DNA from: a virus
Length of the DNA: 36,725 nucleotides
IMG/VR virus record: IMGVR_UViG_3300009784_000004
Direction: 5' to 3' (one strand)
The number at the start of each line of letters is the position of its first letter. The first letter of the stretch is position 1. The notes under the pieces were generated by a model that was not told where the DNA came from, made no database searches, and saw only the letters and a program-made list of their open reading frames with translations. Below, in pieces: positions 32,802 to 36,725 of this stretch. Made by a program: the position numbers and the translations under genes.

Positions 32802-33768
32802 CACCTATGCGCCGGCCGAACGTCAGCGCATGCTGATATGCGGACCGCCCGGTGTCGGCAAGAGCACGCTCGCCGCGAGCTCGCCGAACCCCATCTTTTT
32901 GGCGGCGGAGAATGGGTTGCAGTACCTGCACGCGACAGCCTACGATCCTACCCCGCGGACGTACCACGACGTGCTCCGCGCGCTGCGAGAGATTGCGGAG
33001 GATTCCACGTTCGAGACCTTTGTTGTCGACACGCTCAATTGGGTGGAGCCCATAGTGTGGGCGCACGTCGGAACCCTCGGCAAAAAGATGGCCGTAGAAG
33101 ACTACGGCTACCAGGATGGCTACCGGATGGCGGCTCGAGAATTCCGGCCAATTCTCAAAGAGCTCGAGGCCATCAACGAGCGAAAGAACATCATCCTTCT
33201 CGCGCACGTACGAGTGCGGACGCGCAAGAATCCAGAGGGTGATGATTACGAGGCCATGGCCGTAAGCGTGCACGACTTGATTGGCGATCTCATCACGCAA
33301 TGGGTCAACGTGGTCGGCTACTTGACCACTGACGCAACAGTGGGCAAAGCCAAGGGAGACCGCGTCGCGAAAGCCACCGAGAGCGAGACGCGCATCTTGA
33401 GGATGCGTTCGCATCCTGCATACCCATCTAAGAGCAGACCTGATGCTCCGGAACGGATCGAGATTCCAAAGGATGGCGGATGGGATGCGATGATGCGGGC
33501 GCTCGGGAGCGAACTTCCAAAAGCGCCTCAGGGATCCACGTGTGAGGGTCCCGAGACGGAAAATGGGAGGATATATCGCGAGGCTCTCGAGATGCTCGCG
33601 GAACATCAGCGGGTAGCGAATCCAGAGTACAGGGGGTTTGTTGACCGGATGGCTCGATTTTTGGAGGCCCCTCAGAGCACGCTCTCTATTGAGCGGCTTC
33701 TTTCGGCAAAAGAGGCGTTATTCGACCCGGCCGCGTGGCTGGCAAAAGAAAGGACGGCACGACCATGA
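32788..33768 (+). CDS. RecA-fold ATPase, Sak4-like / AAA_24-type recombination protein (326 aa)
   Basis: Walker A LICGPPGVGKSTLA right after the N-terminus, Walker B FVVDTLN. Neighbours are an exonuclease and an SSB. Confidence 0.65.
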   Translation: MKTRNTYAPAERQRMLICGPPGVGKSTLAASSPNPIFLAAENGLQYLHATAYDPTPRTYHDVLRALREIAEDSTFETFVVDTLNWVEPIVWAHVGTLGKKMAVEDYGYQDGYRMAAREFRPILKELEAINERKNIILLAHVRVRTRKNPEGDDYEAMAVSVHDLIGDLITQWVNVVGYLTTDATVGKAKGDRVAKATESETRILRMRSHPAYPSKSRPDAPERIEIPKDGGWDAMMRALGSELPKAPQGSTCEGPETENGRIYREALEMLAEHQRVANPEYRGFVDRMARFLEAPQSTLSIERLLSAKEALFDPAAWLAKERTARP

Positions 33769-34217
33769 CTGACGATATCCTGCGAGACGGAGATAGGCTG
33801 GACGCGAGAGTCGTCCGCAACCGCGGGCTGCAATACAGCCAACTGAAAGGCACGCCATACATCCTGCTGGAGTTTGAAACGTCGAAGTCTCGGCGCATTA
33901 TTCCTTGCCGGCGTTGGTTGTCTGACGGCGCCATCGAGAACGCGATTCGCACCTTTCAGGCCTGCGGCTGGAAGGGCGAAAACGTCGACGAGCTCGCGAC
34001 CGGCGACCTCTGCGGGATGGATCGCAATGAGGTGTCGGTTACGGTGCGCGTGCAGGAATACCAGGGCAAGGAACAGCCCCCTGAGGTTGGGTTCGTCAAT
34101 CCCATTACGAGCCACGTAGAGATGACGCCGAACGAGTTGAAGAGGTTTGGCGAAAAACATCGTGGCTTGGTGCGGCGTTTACAAAAAGAGATGCCGGACG
34201 ACGAACTGCCTTTCTGA
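33765..34217 (+). CDS. Phage single-stranded DNA-binding protein (150 aa) with a canonical acidic tail
   Basis: ATGA overlap with the ATPase gene. The C-terminus ...MPDDELPF matches the SSB tip motif D-D-D-I-P-F. Beta-rich core. Confidence 0.6.
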   Translation: MTDDILRDGDRLDARVVRNRGLQYSQLKGTPYILLEFETSKSRRIIPCRRWLSDGAIENAIRTFQACGWKGENVDELATGDLCGMDRNEVSVTVRVQEYQGKEQPPEVGFVNPITSHVEMTPNELKRFGEKHRGLVRRLQKEMPDDELPF

Positions 34218-34238
34218 CTTTTAGCGAAGGAGTCAGTT

Positions 34239-34472
34239 GTGGACAAACGTGCACCCGTGCAGGGAGAACGCTTAGCCGGATTGCTTCACATGGCACCAGG
34301 CACGATCGCTTGGGACGAGCACCTCGAAGTGTGGAATGCATACGCCGCGATGTTCGGTAAGAACCAGAGCGCGGAACGAATAGCTGAGCGTGGAGGATTT
34401 GGGCACTTCGAGGCGACAGCTTTGTTAGGTCGGCCTCTACGAACCTGGATCCAGAGTGCGAATCACGAGTAA
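34239..34472 (+). CDS. Hypothetical protein (77 aa)
   Basis: GTG start with GAAGGAG 6 nt upstream. Confidence 0.45.
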   Translation: MDKRAPVQGERLAGLLHMAPGTIAWDEHLEVWNAYAAMFGKNQSAERIAERGGFGHFEATALLGRPLRTWIQSANHE

Positions 34473-34611
34473 ACACGCCAACGCGGCAGCGAATAGCGTG
34501 ACAGCCGGGAGAGACCGGCACTTGGGTCGCCAGGTTTGGCACCTGCCTGTTTCAATCCTTTCCGGGTAGGTGGTGGAGTTCGATTCTCCACCGACTCACG
34601 AGGAGACTGCC

Positions 34612-34926
34612 ATGAAATATCGGTGTTACATCGAAGCCCACGTAGACATTGACGCGAACAGTAAGGGTGAGGCCGAAAGGATGGTGATGCTTGGCCAAGG
34701 AAACGTCGAGGCTGACCTGAGTCAGGATCAGTTCCGGATAGTGTGTCGCGTCAAAGAGAAGATGCGGTCGTACGACGTCGCCGTAGCCGTGAAGGGTTAT
34801 GTTGTCGCGGAAAGTCTAGGTGATGCTGAAAGAAGGTTTTTCTGCGACGTCAAAGCGGCAATCGACTCTCGCGTTCCTTGCGCAGGCATGTCCACAGTGG
34901 AGATTGTGCGATGCGCTGCCAAGTAA
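34612..34926 (+). CDS. Hypothetical protein (104 aa) with an internal tandem duplication
   Basis: ATG at 34612 with GAGGAG upstream. The two halves share the pattern Y..-V/I-alternating strand, A.S.G(E/D)AER helix, then ..IVRC/IVCR strand. Confidence 0.5.
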   Translation: MKYRCYIEAHVDIDANSKGEAERMVMLGQGNVEADLSQDQFRIVCRVKEKMRSYDVAVAVKGYVVAESLGDAERRFFCDVKAAIDSRVPCAGMSTVEIVRCAAK

Positions 34927-35213
34927 GGAGCGGACCCAAGCAATGTGACCATGAGCAGGGCCACGAAGGAGAGCATGAGTGCGCGTCCAATTCCGTGGCC
35001 GATCCTCTTCCTCCGTCGAGCGATATTGTGCTGCTCCGGAAGCAACTGCTCCGGAGCGCAGAAACGTTGCATACCATCTTCAGGCGAGCCGACTATTGGA
35101 GAGAAGGGAGGAGCATAAAAGAGACGGAATCGGAGCTCCGCTACATAGCTCAGATTGCTGAGGCGGAATTCAGCAAAATCAAGAAGCTCTTCAACGATGG
35201 GTTGAAGCCGTGA
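34911..35213 (+). CDS. Hypothetical protein (100 aa): N-terminal Cys/His cluster, C-terminal helical region
   Basis: ATG at 34911 overlaps the upstream gene by 16 nt; an alternative ATG lies at 34878. CQVRSGPKQCDHEQGHEGEHEC motif. Confidence 0.45.
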   Translation: MRCQVRSGPKQCDHEQGHEGEHECASNSVADPLPPSSDIVLLRKQLLRSAETLHTIFRRADYWREGRSIKETESELRYIAQIAEAEFSKIKKLFNDGLKP

Positions 35214-35461
35214 ATCTCGCCCGAGGTATTAGGAGGGCAAGAGAGTGGCGCCAGCTATCTGCGCGGAGAGTGTCGATCCGCATGGGTCGAGACCCGAGCC
35301 TTATCTGCCAGTACGAGAGCGGGAGGAAGACCCCTTATCTGTCTTCCGTCAAGACCATCGCTGCAGCCATACCCGGCTGCAGTCTCTGGCGGATCCTTCT
35401 GCTGTCAGCGGACGAGGGAGAGCTGCTCGAGATTCAGCGACTTCTAAACGAAATAATATAA
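35210..35461 (+). CDS. XRE-family HTH regulator (83 aa)
   Basis: GTGA overlap with the upstream gene. The REWRQLSARRVSIRMGRDPSLICQYESGRKTP pattern is a typical XRE HTH. Confidence 0.6.
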   Translation: MNLARGIRRAREWRQLSARRVSIRMGRDPSLICQYESGRKTPYLSSVKTIAAAIPGCSLWRILLLSADEGELLEIQRLLNEII

Positions 35462-35463
35462 TT

Positions 35464-35835
35464 ATGACTCGTTATCTCCGCGCGAAAGACATCGCCGAGG
35501 ACCTCGGCGTTTCACTCGCGAGCGCATATCGCATCATGCGCGAGTGCACGCGACTGGTGGCCGGCAAGTCTGTGCGCGTGACCCATCAAGCATTTCACGC
35601 CTGGAAAGAGAGACACACGGAGGGCCCGTGCGAGACACCCTTTATTTGCGTGGCCGGATCTGGTGGTGCCTCGTCACCAACCCGAAAGGGGGTAGGAGCC
35701 TCCGCAGATCGACCCGCTGCCATGACCGAGTCGCTGCCCGCAAGCGGTGGCTCGAGCTCGAGCGCGCTGTCATCACGCAGGCCGATCGTCCCCCGGACTC
35801 GCCCACGCTTGCCTTCGTCCTCGACTGGCGCCTAA
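35464..35835 (+). CDS. Excisionase-like HTH_17/MerR-type DNA-binding protein; 3' end uncertain
   Basis: MTRYLRAKDIAEDLGVSLASAYRIMRECTRLVAGKSVRVTHQAFHAWKERH is a full excisionase-type winged HTH. The frame then stays open for about 70 more low-complexity codons, overlapping the integrase gene. Confidence 0.55.
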   Translation: MTRYLRAKDIAEDLGVSLASAYRIMRECTRLVAGKSVRVTHQAFHAWKERHTEGPCETPFICVAGSGGASSPTRKGVGASADRPAAMTESLPASGGSSSSALSSRRPIVPRTRPRLPSSSTGA

Positions 35836-36686
35836 GCGAGCGCGAGACGGCCGGAAAGAAGCCGGGCACGCTCAGCATGTACGGACAGAAAGGGAGACAC
35901 CTCGTGCGCCTCCTTGGCGCCGATACGCTGCTCTCGGACATCGGCGCGCAGCAGATCGACCAGTTCGCTGCCGAGCGGCTGAAGGAGGGTGCCGCCAGAA
36001 CGACGGTCCACAAAGAGCTCGTCACGCTGAGGGGCGCGTTGAAACTCGCGCGCCGCTACCGGCAGTATCCCTACGCGCTCGACGAGGTGATGCCCGAGTT
36101 TGCGATCGAGTATGTGCCGAAGGAGCGCGCGCTGCCGCTGCACGAGATCGCGCTGTTGCTCGGGACACTGCCGGCCAAGCGCTCGGCGCTGGTCGGCTTG
36201 CTCATTGCGACGGCGGCCACGTACCCGAGCGAGATCGATCGGCTGCGCAAGACCGACATTGACCTCGTCGCGGGCTACGTCAGGCTGCGAGGGACAAAGC
36301 GCACGACGCGAGATCGCCGCGTGCCCATCGTGGACTTCGCACGCCCATGGGTTGAGCGCGCGGTGGCTTATATGCCGTTCGAGAGGTGGACCAACGTGAG
36401 GCGAGATCTGCATGTCGCCTGCAAGCGGGTCGAGATCGAAGCGTGCTCGCCGAACGACTTACGCCGCACGATGTTGACCCTCCTGCGAGCTCACGGCGTG
36501 GAGCCGTCGTTGCTCGCGGTGTTCGCTGGCCATGCCGACTCCCGGATGGTCGAGAGGGTCTACGGACGCCTCGCGCCCGAGCAGCTCGCGAAACTGCTCG
36601 AGCAAAGACTCGCGTTCACAACCAGTGCACAGAGAGCAAAAAAGATGGTAAAAACATCGAGAAAACGAACGAATGCAGCGGACTGA
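35628..36686 (+). CDS. int: Tyrosine recombinase / phage integrase; start uncertain (GTG 35628 or ATG 35544)
   Basis: N-terminal LYLRGRIWW...RRSTRC arm-type motif. Core and catalytic regions: ...TYPSEIDRLRKTDID, NDLRRTMLTLL, FAGHADSRMVERVYGRL (R...LRR...H...Y). Adjacent to attR. Confidence 0.85.
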   Translation: MRDTLYLRGRIWWCLVTNPKGGRSLRRSTRCHDRVAARKRWLELERAVITQADRPPDSPTLAFVLDWRLSERETAGKKPGTLSMYGQKGRHLVRLLGADTLLSDIGAQQIDQFAAERLKEGAARTTVHKELVTLRGALKLARRYRQYPYALDEVMPEFAIEYVPKERALPLHEIALLLGTLPAKRSALVGLLIATAATYPSEIDRLRKTDIDLVAGYVRLRGTKRTTRDRRVPIVDFARPWVERAVAYMPFERWTNVRRDLHVACKRVEIEACSPNDLRRTMLTLLRAHGVEPSLLAVFAGHADSRMVERVYGRLAPEQLAKLLEQRLAFTTSAQRAKKMVKTSRKRTNAAD

Positions 36687-36725
36687 AAATCCGCGTGTCG
36701 ACAGTTCGATTCTGTCCCTGGGCAC
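36675..36725. repeat. attR copy of the 51-nt att core (partial tRNA-Phe 3' segment without a 5' half)
   Basis: Identical to 1-51. The upstream sequence (gaaaacgaacgaat) is integrase coding sequence, not the tRNA D-arm. Confidence 0.9.

Larger units (their letters stand above)
1..36725. mobile_element. Integrated temperate phage (prophage) in the 3' end of tRNA-Phe
   Basis: Flanking 51-nt direct repeats of tRNA sequence and a tyrosine integrase adjacent to attR. Complete head, tail, lysis, replication and lysogeny modules lie between the repeats. Confidence 0.85.

Noticed and set aside
34537-34553. Sigma54-like -24 box TGGCAC upstream of the int-proximal cassette.
   Set aside because: The expected -12 TTGC(A/T) element at the correct spacing is absent; the sequence there is TGTTT. 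A single hexamer match is not sufficient.
34524-34598. A possible phage-encoded functional tRNA.
   Set aside because: Only the T-arm and a 6/7 acceptor pairing can be drawn. No D-arm or anticodon stem forms at canonical spacing. I kept it as a tRNA-like fragment finding only.
1-36725. A search for a reverse transcriptase/DGR, restriction-modification, Cas, or known multi-gene defence systems (large NTPases, SIR2/TIR, nucleases with sensors).
   Set aside because: No ORF shows RT (YxDD), methyltransferase (DPPY/PCQ), or large STAND/ABC ATPase signatures. All large ORFs are accounted for by virion or replication functions.

Overview
The window is one complete integrated temperate phage of about 36.6 kb. 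It is bounded by an exact 51-nt direct repeat (1-51 and 36675-36725), which is the 3' part of a tRNA-Phe(GAA) gene (attL/attR). The tyrosine integrase (35628-36686, +) sits at the attR end, and its stop codon lies inside the att core.

Layout:
- 53-523: non-coding attL-proximal unit with two intrinsic terminators.
- 524-29392: one almost gap-free minus-strand gene array. Read in the direction of transcription it runs: Cro/YdaS-like gene, two tiny membrane peptides, SF2 helicase, VRR-NUC nuclease, SF3/P4-type helicase, an iteron cluster, a lipoprotein, small accessory genes including a GNAT acetyltransferase, large terminase, portal, scaffold, capsid, adaptor, a T7 gp12-like nozzle protein, two Gln-rich fibre-like paralogs, two large internal or ejection-type proteins, an IPT/TIG receptor-binding protein, and a lysis cassette.
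- 29468-36686: plus-strand array. It holds a CI-like HTH repressor, small early genes, a Cas4-like exonuclease, a Sak4-like ATPase, an SSB with a DDELPF tail, a three-gene int-proximal cassette ending in an XRE HTH, an Xis-like HTH and the integrase.

No rRNA, CRISPR array, transposase or reverse transcriptase was seen.

Most worth a second look:
1. Tandem Gln-rich paralogs that share a 21-nt identical block encoding GSDERMK, the S74 intramolecular-chaperone cleavage motif. Only the downstream copy keeps the chaperone domain.
2. Nine exact copies of GCAGGTGAT within 290 bp, flanking an AT-rich core (candidate ori or pac).
3. A genetic switch whose operator motif AATCAGAAT recurs at a second early promoter.
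4. A compositionally distinct three-gene cassette next to xis/int (TA-like or acr-aca-like).
5. A tRNA-like T-arm fragment inside the prophage.
6. An attL-proximal candidate small-RNA or attenuator unit.

All domain calls come from motif recognition by eye. No database search was run.
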